Below, in pieces: positions 34,981 to 43,992 of a DNA stretch of 64,000 nt. Location: positions 4,906 to 68,905 of the forward strand of contig JAZDFE010000002.1 in the NCBI GenBank assembly GCA_043808175.1, in the 5' to 3' direction. Below the pieces are notes generated by a model. The model did not search any database and was not told the DNA's origin. It worked only from the letters and a program-made list of their open reading frames with translations. The translations under genes and the position numbers were made by a program. Each line of letters begins with the position of its first letter. The first letter of the stretch is position 1. The DNA comes from Candidatus Omnitrophota bacterium. GTDB taxonomy: Bacteria; Omnitrophota; Omnitrophia; Omnitrophales; Aquincolibacteriaceae.

Positions 34981-35096
34981 ACGTCCTACGAATGAACACC
35001 CTGGCTTTTAATTATTCCACCATCCGTACGGCACTTGTACCGATGCACAAGTACGGCAGGGTCACTTTTCAAGGTTAATCGTGTACCCTGACCGCG
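34981..35096. repeat. hairpin-module array (AT-loop family, partly inverted orientation)
   Basis: ACGTCCTACGAATG is the reverse complement of the CATTCGTAGGACG leader. CACTTGTACcgatGCACAAGTA; GGGTCA..TGTACCCtgaccgcg. Confidence 0.65.
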
Positions 35097-35542
35097 TATC
35101 CATTCTCTAGAATTGAGTTGTTAAGATAGCACTCGCGCTTTGTTGGCGCCAGTACCTTCGGTCGAAGCTCCGAGGCTTCGTACCGAATAGACCTCTTTGC
35201 CGTCTTTGTCACTATAGTACTTGAGCCCCGTGGCCCTCATATCTTAGTCTAGACCCATCCCACCTTGGAACAAATAAAAAAACTCCTAGTACTCACATGC
35301 TTTGAACTTTTTGCTCCGGACTTATATATTGAAGTGAGATTTTCCATCCGACTAGCACTTATTCCAATGAATAAGTACGATCGCGCCACTCCCCTAGGTT
35401 GGTCGTGTGCGCGAATCGCAATAACTAGCATTAAATAACATTCCAAATATTTTGTTCAAATCACGCTCAGAGGCTTTGCGAGTATAATACTTGCAATATG
35501 TGGATGCACATAGTATACTTATATCAGAAAAAGGAGGCTCTT

Positions 35543-35761
35543 ATGCCCAACATGACACTCTCGATACCGGTAGAACTGAAAGCGAAAATGGACCGTTTTA
35601 AGGAGATCAACTGGTCTGAGGTCGCGAGACAGGCCATTTTTCAAAAGACCCTGCTCATGGACAAGATGAACCTGATGATGTCCTCAAGCAAGATCAGCGA
35701 GCCGGAGACCCTGTACGAGGCCCGCAAGATCAGCCGCAAAATCTCTAAAAAACATAAGTAG
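35543..35761 (+). CDS. VapB-like antitoxin (small DNA-binding protein)
   Basis: Trimmed to the ATG at 35543, which has AGGAGG 7 nt upstream. MPNMTLSIPVELKAKMDRF... looks like an RHH/AbrB-like N-terminus. It lies 11 nt upstream of the PIN gene. Confidence 0.6.
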   Translation: MPNMTLSIPVELKAKMDRFKEINWSEVARQAIFQKTLLMDKMNLMMSSSKISEPETLYEARKISRKISKKHK

Positions 35762-35772
35762 AGCACGCCCGC

Positions 35773-36186
35773 ATGGAACTCGTCGTTGACGCGAACATCC
35801 TGCTCGCCGGTTTCATGAAGGCGGCCGTGACGCGGGAACTTCTTCTGGACACTCGCCTGAAGTTACACGCCCCGGAATATCTGGTCTATGAAACGCGGAA
35901 ACACCTTTTGGGGAATTCCAGCCTGCGCAAACGCATCGGTTTGTCGTCTAAGCAGATCGAGGAGACATGGTTCATTCTCACACAGAATATTGAATCGCAT
36001 GCACAAACCGATTATCAAAAAGTCTATCTTTCCGCGCTTAAGATCGCGCCCCACCCCGAGGACGCTCCCTATCTCGCCCTCGCCTTAGACATGGGACTTC
36101 CCCTCTGGTCCAATGATCATGGAATGAAAATGCAGAATCGGGTCAAAGTATTCACAACCCATGAATTGTTAAATAAACTCCGCTAG
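35773..36186 (+). CDS. PIN-domain toxin (VapC-like)
   Basis: MELVVDANILLAGF... (first acidic residue), further acidic residues at E..(YETR) and D (WSNDHG). The 137-aa size is typical. Confidence 0.7.
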   Translation: MELVVDANILLAGFMKAAVTRELLLDTRLKLHAPEYLVYETRKHLLGNSSLRKRIGLSSKQIEETWFILTQNIESHAQTDYQKVYLSALKIAPHPEDAPYLALALDMGLPLWSNDHGMKMQNRVKVFTTHELLNKLR

Positions 36187-36265
36187 TCTGTGGTTGTATC
36201 GATAAGGAACCGATGCAAGAAATGCACAGGTTGCGCCGGATAACAAAGAGAGGAACGGTTGATTA

Positions 36266-36490
36266 ATGTTAGAACGGAACGATGAATTGATCGAGCAATT
36301 TAACAAGGAAGAGCAGAAGCGTCAGAGGCTTCAACGCCGCAAGCGTGCGCGCCGGAAACGGGCACCCTCTGCGAGTAAAGAATTTCATAAGCTGTTCGAC
36401 CGTCTTGACGCCTGGCTTTCTTATAAAATTAAATTGGAAGCCAGTGCTGTACTTGCCAACCTTTATTATTTAATAGAGGCAAGTACGTAG
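36266..36490 (+). CDS. hypothetical small basic protein
   Basis: 74-aa ORF with an Arg/Lys-rich centre (QRRKRARRKRAP). No motif, and coding status is uncertain. Confidence 0.3.
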   Translation: MLERNDELIEQFNKEEQKRQRLQRRKRARRKRAPSASKEFHKLFDRLDAWLSYKIKLEASAVLANLYYLIEAST

Positions 36491-36558
36491 TAATCGAACG
36501 GCGCAAGCCCGCGGACTGTATTTCCAAGAAATGGATTGGTTAGAAATCCGGGATTTTT

Positions 36559-37368
36559 TCAGCTCAGACTTTCGGCGCTGTAGCGGGCGATCAGGCCCGT
36601 CCGAAGGGCATGCCGGTAGACCCGGGTGAAGTACCGGTAGGCCAGATAAATATAGCCCACCGCGAGACCCAGGGCCACGAAGAGCCCCGTCCACGCGACG
36701 TCGCCGCCGGAGACGATCTTCCTCAATCCTTCGAAAACATACGAGGGCGGCAGGAACCGCGAGACGCCTTGCATCCATCCCGGAAGAGTCGCGAGGGGGT
36801 AGAGCACGCCCGCGAAAGGCGAAATGAGCGCCGGGATCGGCCAGATGAACCATTCCGAGGCCGGACCGAATCGGAGCACAAGCGCGCTCCCGAAAATGCC
36901 GAGGGCGATCCCGAAGAGGAAGAGCACGAGCAGGAACGGCAGGACCATGAGGCCGTAGATAAGGATCGACAGTTTAAAACACAGGCCCGCGATCAGGAGC
37001 ATGGCGGCCAGACCGATCACGCTCGTCGCGATGCTCGAGAGGACAAGGCCCGCCACGTACTCCGGGATCAAAAGAGGCGCGGCAAAAAGATTCAGGAAAT
37101 TACGCGACCAGACATCCTCGAAGAACGCCATGGTCACGCCCTGCATGATCCGCATGAAGAAATCCCAAAAGAGGACCGCGCCGAGGAGCGCGGGGACAAA
37201 ATTAAAACCGGGTGCGGCCACGGTGTTGAGGTAGCGGGTGAGAAATCCCCAAAGGACGATGTCCACCACGACCCACGCGAAAAGAGGCACGACGCGGGAA
37301 AAACTCCCGCGGATCAGATAATACTGGCGGAGCACGATGGACCAGATCCGGCGCAGTGACATAATCAA
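36559..37368 (-). CDS. ABC-2 type transporter permease
   Basis: 269 aa with six hydrophobic segments. ATGA overlap with the ATPase gene. Confidence 0.8.
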   Translation of the reverse strand: MIMSLRRIWSIVLRQYYLIRGSFSRVVPLFAWVVVDIVLWGFLTRYLNTVAAPGFNFVPALLGAVLFWDFFMRIMQGVTMAFFEDVWSRNFLNLFAAPLLIPEYVAGLVLSSIATSVIGLAAMLLIAGLCFKLSILIYGLMVLPFLLVLFLFGIALGIFGSALVLRFGPASEWFIWPIPALISPFAGVLYPLATLPGWMQGVSRFLPPSYVFEGLRKIVSGGDVAWTGLFVALGLAVGYIYLAYRYFTRVYRHALRTGLIARYSAESLS

Positions 37369-38105
37369 CCGACCAGGGTCAGCGGCTCGCGGGCCACGGT
37401 GATAAAAAGTTCTTCGAGGGTTTTTTTGCCGTGTTCGGCCGGCAAAGTCTTCGGGTCCCCTTCCAAGAGGATCCTGCCGTGCGAAAGAAAAAGCACGCGG
37501 TCGCAGACCTCCTCCACCTCGTACATATTGTGGGAGGCCCAGAGAACGCCGCCGGCCTCCCGGGTCGCGAACTCGCGGATCCGGGCCCGGATCTCCCGCG
37601 CGATCGACGGATCGAGCGATGCGGTCGGCTCATCCAACAAAAGCAGTTGCGGCCGGTTGAGCATCGCCTTGGCGAGGCTGACGCACGTCTGTTCGCCCGA
37701 AGAAAGAACGCCGCATTTCCGGTCCCGGAAAGCCCCGAGTTCGAACCCTCTCAGGAGTTCCTCGATACGCGCCGGAAGGTCCCTCACCCCGTACAAATGG
37801 CCGAAGATCTTCAGGTTCTGGGACACGGTCAGGTTCCCCGGGAGCGGGGCGTAAACGGCCGCGAAATTCGTCTGCGAGATCGCCCGCGAACGGCACGAGG
37901 CAAGGTCGAACCCTCCGATCTCGACCGTCCCCTCGTCGGGCGCGAGGATGCTGAGGATCATGCTGAGGGCGGTCGTCTTTCCCGCCCCGTTGGGCCCCAG
38001 AAGTCCGACGATCTCGCCCTGCGCCACATCAAAGGAGATCCCGTCCACGGCCGTCTTGCCGCCGTAGGCCTTGCGTAAGGACCTCACCGAAAGTATTTTG
38101 TCCAT
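37365..38105 (-). CDS. ABC transporter ATP-binding protein
   Basis: Walker A GPNGAGKT, signature LSSGEQ, Walker B LLLLDEP, H-loop SHNM. Confidence 0.92.
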   Translation of the reverse strand: MDKILSVRSLRKAYGGKTAVDGISFDVAQGEIVGLLGPNGAGKTTALSMILSILAPDEGTVEIGGFDLASCRSRAISQTNFAAVYAPLPGNLTVSQNLKIFGHLYGVRDLPARIEELLRGFELGAFRDRKCGVLSSGEQTCVSLAKAMLNRPQLLLLDEPTASLDPSIAREIRARIREFATREAGGVLWASHNMYEVEEVCDRVLFLSHGRILLEGDPKTLPAEHGKKTLEELFITVAREPLTLVG

Positions 38106-38330
38106 GACCCCGTCCCCAAGCTATTGAATGCGTAGAGTCTCTCCTCCCGCGGGAAAAGTTTCAAGAAATTTCTCCGCCTCCGCCCCACGCTTTAAATTTT
38201 ATAAACCCCATGAATTCCTTCCGGCCCATGGGGATGAACACGGAAAAGTGGCGCTAGGATTCCCGGGGGGAATCTGATACAATACGCCCGCTGTCGAAGG
38301 GAAATTCTATCGGTATTCATTAGTTTGCGT

Positions 38331-38407
<77 letters not shown>

Positions 38408-38420
38408 ATTTACGCACTAA

Positions 38421-38455
38421 AAGGCCTCTTCAAATGAAGAGGCCTTTTGTGTTTA
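38421..38455 (+). terminator. intrinsic terminator after the tRNA
   Basis: AGGCCTCTTC-aaat-GAAGAGGCCT followed by TTTTGTGTTT. Confidence 0.8.
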
Positions 38456-38615
38456 TGTAAATTGGTACTACGCCGGCACGGCTTAAGGTGGGCCGTGTCC
38501 GGCGGTTGTACCGCAGGGGGCTTCTTTGTTTTTGTATCCCCTCAAATACCCCCTGTAAGCACTTTTGTATGCATTTTTGGATCGCCTCGAGTTAGAATAG
38601 GCCACTTTTAATTTT

Positions 38616-39671
38616 ATGAAGGGAGAAAAAGTGAAGGCAAAGCTCAAAACCGTTTTTGGATTACTTGTTAAGATCGTCGTCGTGATCGTCCTTACGATCC
38701 TCTTGTTGGAGGGCGGCGTTCGCGTCGTTTTATACGTCTCCTTAAACAACTATCTGACCAAGGTCCTGCCGCAGCCTTACGGGAACATCATGCAAAAAGT
38801 AGGACGGTTCGATTGTTTTGGCGCAAAGTCTGAGAACCAATTTGATCCCCTTTGTTATTTTATTCCACAGACCGGATTTTTTCGCGGGCCCGAAGGAAGG
38901 GTCGACTGTCCTAAAGAAAAAACAAATCACGAGATCAGGATCATTTGCATCGGGGACTCCGCGACTTACGGGGTCGCGGTCGATTATGATCATAGCTGGG
39001 TCGTTCTTTTGGGCAGGATGCTTACTGAAAAATATCCCGGAAAGAACATCCGGGTGCTCAACGCGGGTCTTCCGGGAGCCACTTCGCGGCAGGTCAAGAG
39101 ATTTTTCCAATTTTATATAGCGCCCTATCACCCCGACATCCTTATCTGGCGAGGCGGCAGCACGCTCACGGACACCTATTTTGTGAACGCGGCGACAGAC
39201 TCCATGAGATTCTTGATGTGGCGCTGTTTGTATGAATCGCGTCTCCTCAGGGTTATTTGCGCCCTTCTGGATAGAGGAAAAAAGCAGCTTGCGGACAAGG
39301 TTTTTGACTTTGTAACAAACAAAAGTGGCCGTTTTTTACTCAGCCCGTTGCCGTCCGGGGCGTTCGATTCTGATTTTAGTCTGGTCAAAAGGATCGCTGA
39401 AGAGCGAGGCACTCAATACGTGTTGCAAGTCGAACATCTTAATCGTGACGAAACGACAGATACTATTTATAGCGAATTTGAAGGACAACGGCGCGATGAT
39501 AAAAAACCTGTCGCCTACACCCTGGCCGCCTTCGAAGCATACCGCAAAAAAAATCCTTCAAAGAACCTTTTTGTTGATCATGTCCATCTCACGGAGACAG
39601 GGGAAGCGATCACCGCAGAAGAGATCTCAAAATTTATTATCAACAACAAATGGATCGAGACATTGAATTAG
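38616..39671 (+). CDS. membrane-anchored SGNH/GDSL hydrolase family protein
   Basis: N-terminal TM segment (LLLEGGVRVV, as in the 16525-17970 protein). Block I IICIGDSATYG, block II GLPGATS, block V DHVHLTETG. Confidence 0.75.
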   Translation: MKGEKVKAKLKTVFGLLVKIVVVIVLTILLLEGGVRVVLYVSLNNYLTKVLPQPYGNIMQKVGRFDCFGAKSENQFDPLCYFIPQTGFFRGPEGRVDCPKEKTNHEIRIICIGDSATYGVAVDYDHSWVVLLGRMLTEKYPGKNIRVLNAGLPGATSRQVKRFFQFYIAPYHPDILIWRGGSTLTDTYFVNAATDSMRFLMWRCLYESRLLRVICALLDRGKKQLADKVFDFVTNKSGRFLLSPLPSGAFDSDFSLVKRIAEERGTQYVLQVEHLNRDETTDTIYSEFEGQRRDDKKPVAYTLAAFEAYRKKNPSKNLFVDHVHLTETGEAITAEEISKFIINNKWIETLN

Positions 39672-39844
39672 CTGTCTTTAAATTATGGGTAGCTTTCGCC
39701 GTACGGTGCTGACCTTGAGCGCCGACGGCGGGGTCCCGGGACAGTGAGGCCCAGGGCCGCTATCTAAGGACGTATTCCTGCTGGTTTTTTGGGTTTTTAC
39801 AGGTAGAATGTCCCCCTCTATGCCACTCATCAAAGGAGCTTTCC

Positions 39845-40798
39845 ATGTATCGGGAAAAAATTAAGGTATTAGATTGCACGATCCGCGACGGCGGCCTGAT
39901 GAATAACCACGACTTCGACGACCGCTTCGTCCGGGCGATCTACAAGGCGGTTTCCGAGGCCGGGATCGACTATATGGAGATCGGCTACAAGAACTCCAAA
40001 CGGCTTTTCCCGGGGGACAAATACGGCGCCTGGAAATTCTGCTCCGATGACGATATCCGGAAGGTCACGGAAGGGATCCCCTCCAAGACCAAGCTCTCCG
40101 TCATGGTGGACGTGGACCGTGTGGACCTTGAGGACATCAAGCCCAAAAAGGAAAGCCCCGTGAGCATGATCCGCACGGCGTGTTATGTCAAAGACGTCGA
40201 TAAAGCGATCTTTCTCGCCAATCATTTCGCGGACAAGGGTTACGAGACCGCGGTCAATCTCATGGCGATCTCCAAGGTGCTGGAGGTGGAGCTGAACGAA
40301 TGCCTGGCCCAGCTCGAGAAGGAATGCAAATGCAATGTGGTGTATCTGGTCGATTCGAACGGCGCGCTGTATCAGGAGACCGTGGAGTATCTGATCAAGA
40401 AAGCCAAGGGCATCATCAAGACCAAAGAGATCGGGCTTCACGCGCACAATAACCAGCAGCTGGCCTTCGGCAACACGATCGAGGCGATCATCCACAACGC
40501 GAACTACCTGGACAGCACGATCTTCGGGATGGGGCGGGCGGCCGGGAATTGCCCGACGGAGCTGCTCCTGGGTTTCCTGAAAAATCCGAAATTCGACATC
40601 CGTCCCATCCTGGACGTGATCTCCAAAGAGATGCTCCCCTTGAGCAAAAAGGTCGAATGGGGCTACGTGATCCCTTATGCCATCACCGGGATCCTGGATG
40701 AGCATCCCAAATCCGCGTTGGAGCTTCGCGAAAGCGACCGGAAAGATAATTTCCGCGAATTTTATGACAGTTTCGCGGGGAGCTCCGAGGTCGAATAA
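39845..40798 (+). CDS. HMGL-like / DRE-TIM metallolyase family aldolase (pyruvate carboxyltransferase domain)
   Basis: VLDCTIRDGG, IGLHAHNNQQLAFGNTIEAI, GMGRAAGNCPTELL. Confidence 0.75.
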   Translation: MYREKIKVLDCTIRDGGLMNNHDFDDRFVRAIYKAVSEAGIDYMEIGYKNSKRLFPGDKYGAWKFCSDDDIRKVTEGIPSKTKLSVMVDVDRVDLEDIKPKKESPVSMIRTACYVKDVDKAIFLANHFADKGYETAVNLMAISKVLEVELNECLAQLEKECKCNVVYLVDSNGALYQETVEYLIKKAKGIIKTKEIGLHAHNNQQLAFGNTIEAIIHNANYLDSTIFGMGRAAGNCPTELLLGFLKNPKFDIRPILDVISKEMLPLSKKVEWGYVIPYAITGILDEHPKSALELRESDRKDNFREFYDSFAGSSEVE

Positions 40799-40800
40799 GC

Positions 40801-41421
40801 GTGGATCTCCGCAAATTCCGTGAAAGGCCCGTCCTCGGGATCCTGCGCGGGATCACCCCTTCGCAGTTGGAGCCCCTCTTCGAATCGATCATCGCCGGCG
40901 GTCTTCGGGCCGTTGAGATCACGATGAACACCGAAGGCGCGACCGGACTTATCAAGAACGCGGTCCGGCGCTACGGTAAGCAACTGATGATCGGAGCCGG
41001 AACCGTTCTCACTTTGAAAGATCTCCAGGCTGCACTTCGCGCGGGCGCGACCTTCATCGTGAGCCCTGTCGTGGTCCCTCCCGTGATCGCATACTGCGCC
41101 AGGCACAAGATCCCCGTTTTCCCGGGAGCGCTGGCCCCTCGGGATATTTATGAAGCGTGGCGGGCCGGAGCGACGATGGTGAAGGTATTCCCCGCCGGCT
41201 GTTTCGGGCCGGATTATTTCAAAGAGATCAAAGGCCCGTTCCCCAAGATCGAGCTCCTGGCGTGCGGCGGGGTCACGCCTCAGAACCTGCCGGATTATTT
41301 TAAGAACGGCGCGAGTGCCGCCGCGGTAGGCTCGAGCGTCTTCCGCAAGGATTGGCTCGCCGCAAAGAAATTCCACCTCATCCGCAACCAGATCCGCGCC
41401 TACCTCAAAGCACTCCCCTAA
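40801..41421 (+). CDS. eda: KDPG / 4-hydroxy-2-oxoglutarate aldolase
   Basis: GTG start 2 nt after the previous stop. VLGILRG, RAVEITMNT, GAGTVL, VKVFPA (Schiff-base Lys), GGV. Confidence 0.82.
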   Translation: MDLRKFRERPVLGILRGITPSQLEPLFESIIAGGLRAVEITMNTEGATGLIKNAVRRYGKQLMIGAGTVLTLKDLQAALRAGATFIVSPVVVPPVIAYCARHKIPVFPGALAPRDIYEAWRAGATMVKVFPAGCFGPDYFKEIKGPFPKIELLACGGVTPQNLPDYFKNGASAAAVGSSVFRKDWLAAKKFHLIRNQIRAYLKALP

Positions 41422-41476
41422 AAAGCGATCCGACGGAATTTCTTGCGAATCCGGAAGCACGCTCCGCAGGTCGAGC

Positions 41477-41637
41477 GGGCATGGTGTCAGCCAGGAGAGT
41501 GCCTTGCTTCGACACCGGCGGTTCCTCGTTTCCGGCGAACGATGACCGCCTGCGCTCTCGCGCTTCGCCTCGCTCAAAGCGAGACCAAGCTCGAAGCGCT
41601 CCGAGAGCTGCCTCCGGCAAGGCACTCTCCTGCTGAC
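41477..41637 (-). ncRNA. conserved multi-stem element, copy A (orientation given relative to copy B; transcribed strand unknown)
   Basis: A 21-bp closing helix (41486-41507 / 41617-41637) encloses the blocks CAGCTCTCGGAGC, GAGCTTGGT, GCGAGAGCGCAGGC and GCCGGTGT, which are shared with 55394-55552. The inner stems differ from copy B but stay complementary. Confidence 0.5.
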
Positions 41638-41645
41638 GAGCAAGA

Positions 41646-41833
41646 CCGGTCCCAATACTTATCAATTTCCACAGAGTGGAAATTGGGGCCGTCCTTGTCG
41701 ACCATTTGGGAAAAGAATGAAAGACAAGGGCGGAGGCGCGAGTGAGTTTTTCCACGCCGGGGAAAAACGAACGGTGCCGAAGGATCCGCAAGAAATTCCA
41801 CATTTTGTTCACTTGGAATCAGGGAATTGGGGG
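41646..41833. repeat. hairpin-module array abutting the uvrB stop codon
   Basis: GGTCCCAATACTTATCAATTTCCACagaGTGGAAATTGGGGCCGTCC; CTTGTC..GACAAGggcggag; further imperfect modules. Confidence 0.7.
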
Positions 41834-43936
41834 CTAGCGTTTTTTGCGGGGGATCCGGACGGATCTTTTGGGCGTGCCCTTTTGGGGCGCGCCTTCCCCT
41901 TCGATCCGGCGGATCTCGTCGCGATAACGGGCGGCCTTGTCGAACTCCAGCGCCCGCGCGCAAGCTTCCATCCGGGTCTTGAGGAACGCGAGATAGTTCT
42001 TGGTCTCGTATGCTTTTCCGGATTCATGGACCACGTCATGGACGAACTCTTCGGCCTTTTTCCATTGTTCGATCCCGTCCTTGATCTCTTTCTGGATCGA
42101 GACCGGGGTGATCTTGTGCGCCGTATTGTAGTCCGCCTGGATCTTACGGCGGCGCGCGGTCTCATCGATCGCCCGCTTCATGGAATCCGTGACTTTGTCC
42201 CCGTACATGAGGACCCTGCCGTTGACGTGACGTGCCGCCCGGCCCGCGGTCTGGATGAGCGAAACGTCGCTCCGGAGGAAACCTTCCTTGTCCGCGTCGA
42301 GCACGACCACGAGCGACACTTCCGGGAGGTCCAGACCTTCGCGCAAAAGGTTCACGCCGATCACGCAGTCGTATTTCTTGAGACGGAAATCGCGGAGGAT
42401 CTCCACCCTCTCGAACGCGTCGAACTCCGAGTGAATGTAATGCGCCTTGATCCCGAGCTCCTTCAGGTACCGGCTGAGATCTTCGGCCATCTTTTTGGTC
42501 AGCGTCGTGACGATCGTCCGTTCCCCTTTCTTCTCCCGCGCCTTCACCTCGCCGATCAGATCGTCGATCTGTCCTTCGGTCTTCCGGACCTCGATCTGGG
42601 GGTCCATCAACCCCGTCGGGCGGATGACCTGCTCCGTCACTTCTTTCACGCGGCCCATCTCGTAAGGCCCCGGCGTCGCGGAGACATAAAGACACTGCTT
42701 CAACTTGGCCTCGAATTCCGGCCATCGGAGCGGCCGGTTATCCAGCGCGGAAGGCAGGCGGAACCCGTGGTCGACCAGGACCTTTTTCCGTGAAGCATCG
42801 CCGTTGAACATGCCGCGGATCTGCGGCACGCTTTGGTGCGACTCGTCGATGATGACGAGAAAATCCTTCGGGAAATAATCCATGAGCGTGTAAGGTGTGG
42901 AGCCGGGAGCGCGTCCGGAAAGATGACGGGAGTAATTCTCGACGCCGGAGCAATAGCCGACCTCCTTCAGCATCTCAAGGTCATATTGCGTACGCGACTC
43001 CAGGCGCTTGGCCTCAAGGTCCTTGCCTTCGGAAGCGAGTTTCTTGACGTGTTCTTTCATTTCTTGCTCGATCGATACGATCGCGGCCTCGAGCCTTTCG
43101 CCCGGGGTCACGAAATGTTTCGCGGGATAGATCGCGAGTTTTTCGACCTCCCGGAGTGCGGTCAATTTCACGGGGTCGAGAAGCGCGATCCGTTCGATCG
43201 CCTCGGGACCGCCCAAACTTTTCATTTCTTTTCCAGAGTGGTAGTTTGGACGGCCCCAATCTCCGCTTTGCTTCGATTGATCGATATTGGGACCGAAATC
43301 GATGCGGTAAGGATTCTGTCCGTACGACGGAAGGAGGTCGATCCTGCCGCCGCGTACGCGGAACGTTCCCCGCCGGAGCTCGGTCTCCTCCCTTTCATAT
43401 TGAAGGCTGATCAGGCTTGAGAGGAATTTGTCGCGGTCCGCGGCCTCGCCTTTGGCGATCGTGATGAGAAGTCCCTGCCAGTCCTCCGGCGCGCCGAGGC
43501 CGTAGATGCAGGAAACGCTTGAGACGATGATACAGTCCTTGCGCGAAAGGATGGAGCTGGTCGCGGAAAGACGCAGCCGGTCGAGGTCTTCGTTGATCGA
43601 GGCGTCTTTTTCGATGTAGGTGTCCGTGTGCGGGATGTACGCCTCCGGCTGGTAATAATCGTAATAGGACACGAAGTATTCGACGGCGTTCTCGGGGAAG
43701 AATTCCTTGAGCTCCGAATAAAGTTGCGCGGCGAGGGTCTTGTTGTGGGAGATCAAAAGCGTGGGGAGCCCGAGCCGGGCGATCACGTGCGCCATGGTGA
43801 ACGTCTTTCCCGAGCCCGTCACCCCCCGAAGGACCTGTTCCTTTTCCCCGGCCAGGAAACCCTCTACCAGCTTTTCGATCGCCTGCGGCTGATCGCCCTT
43901 CGGCTTCATGGAGGAAACCAATCTGAACCCGCTCAT
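41834..43936 (-). CDS. uvrB: excinuclease ABC subunit B
   Basis: 700 aa. Walker A GVTGSGKT, helicase motifs (DESH, ...), C-terminal UVR motif LEFDKAARYRDEI. It carries a 28-aa repeat-derived insertion. Confidence 0.95.
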   Translation of the reverse strand: MSGFRLVSSMKPKGDQPQAIEKLVEGFLAGEKEQVLRGVTGSGKTFTMAHVIARLGLPTLLISHNKTLAAQLYSELKEFFPENAVEYFVSYYDYYQPEAYIPHTDTYIEKDASINEDLDRLRLSATSSILSRKDCIIVSSVSCIYGLGAPEDWQGLLITIAKGEAADRDKFLSSLISLQYEREETELRRGTFRVRGGRIDLLPSYGQNPYRIDFGPNIDQSKQSGDWGRPNYHSGKEMKSLGGPEAIERIALLDPVKLTALREVEKLAIYPAKHFVTPGERLEAAIVSIEQEMKEHVKKLASEGKDLEAKRLESRTQYDLEMLKEVGYCSGVENYSRHLSGRAPGSTPYTLMDYFPKDFLVIIDESHQSVPQIRGMFNGDASRKKVLVDHGFRLPSALDNRPLRWPEFEAKLKQCLYVSATPGPYEMGRVKEVTEQVIRPTGLMDPQIEVRKTEGQIDDLIGEVKAREKKGERTIVTTLTKKMAEDLSRYLKELGIKAHYIHSEFDAFERVEILRDFRLKKYDCVIGVNLLREGLDLPEVSLVVVLDADKEGFLRSDVSLIQTAGRAARHVNGRVLMYGDKVTDSMKRAIDETARRRKIQADYNTAHKITPVSIQKEIKDGIEQWKKAEEFVHDVVHESGKAYETKNYLAFLKTRMEACARALEFDKAARYRDEIRRIEGEGAPQKGTPKRSVRIPRKKR
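43211..43296. repeat. two hairpin modules inserted in frame inside uvrB
   Basis: CCAAACTtttcatttcttttccagagtggtAGTTTGGacggc + CCCAATctccgctttgcttcgattgatcgatATTGGGaccg. Both have close relatives at 21456-21495 and 21580-21625. Confidence 0.8.
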
Positions 43937-43992
43937 CCGTCTATTCCTTTAAGACTGCCGGCCGTTTTTCACCTGCCCGCACTTGTGCGCCC

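Noticed and set aside
35120-35239. A 39-codon minus-strand ORF (MRATGLKYYSDKDGKEVYSVRSLGASTEGTGANKARVLS) in the AT-rich gap upstream of the nuclease operon.
   Set aside because: It has no Shine-Dalgarno sequence and no recognisable family. It is too short to judge from sequence alone.
39672-39844. A possible riboswitch or leader upstream of the HMGL-like aldolase, suggested by GC-rich hairpins such as CGCCGTaCGG...CCGaCGGCG and GTCCCGGGAC.
   Set aside because: The best promoter-like hexamers (TGGTTT-16-TAGAAT) lie downstream of the hairpins, so the hairpins would not be in the leader. I recognise no riboswitch consensus.
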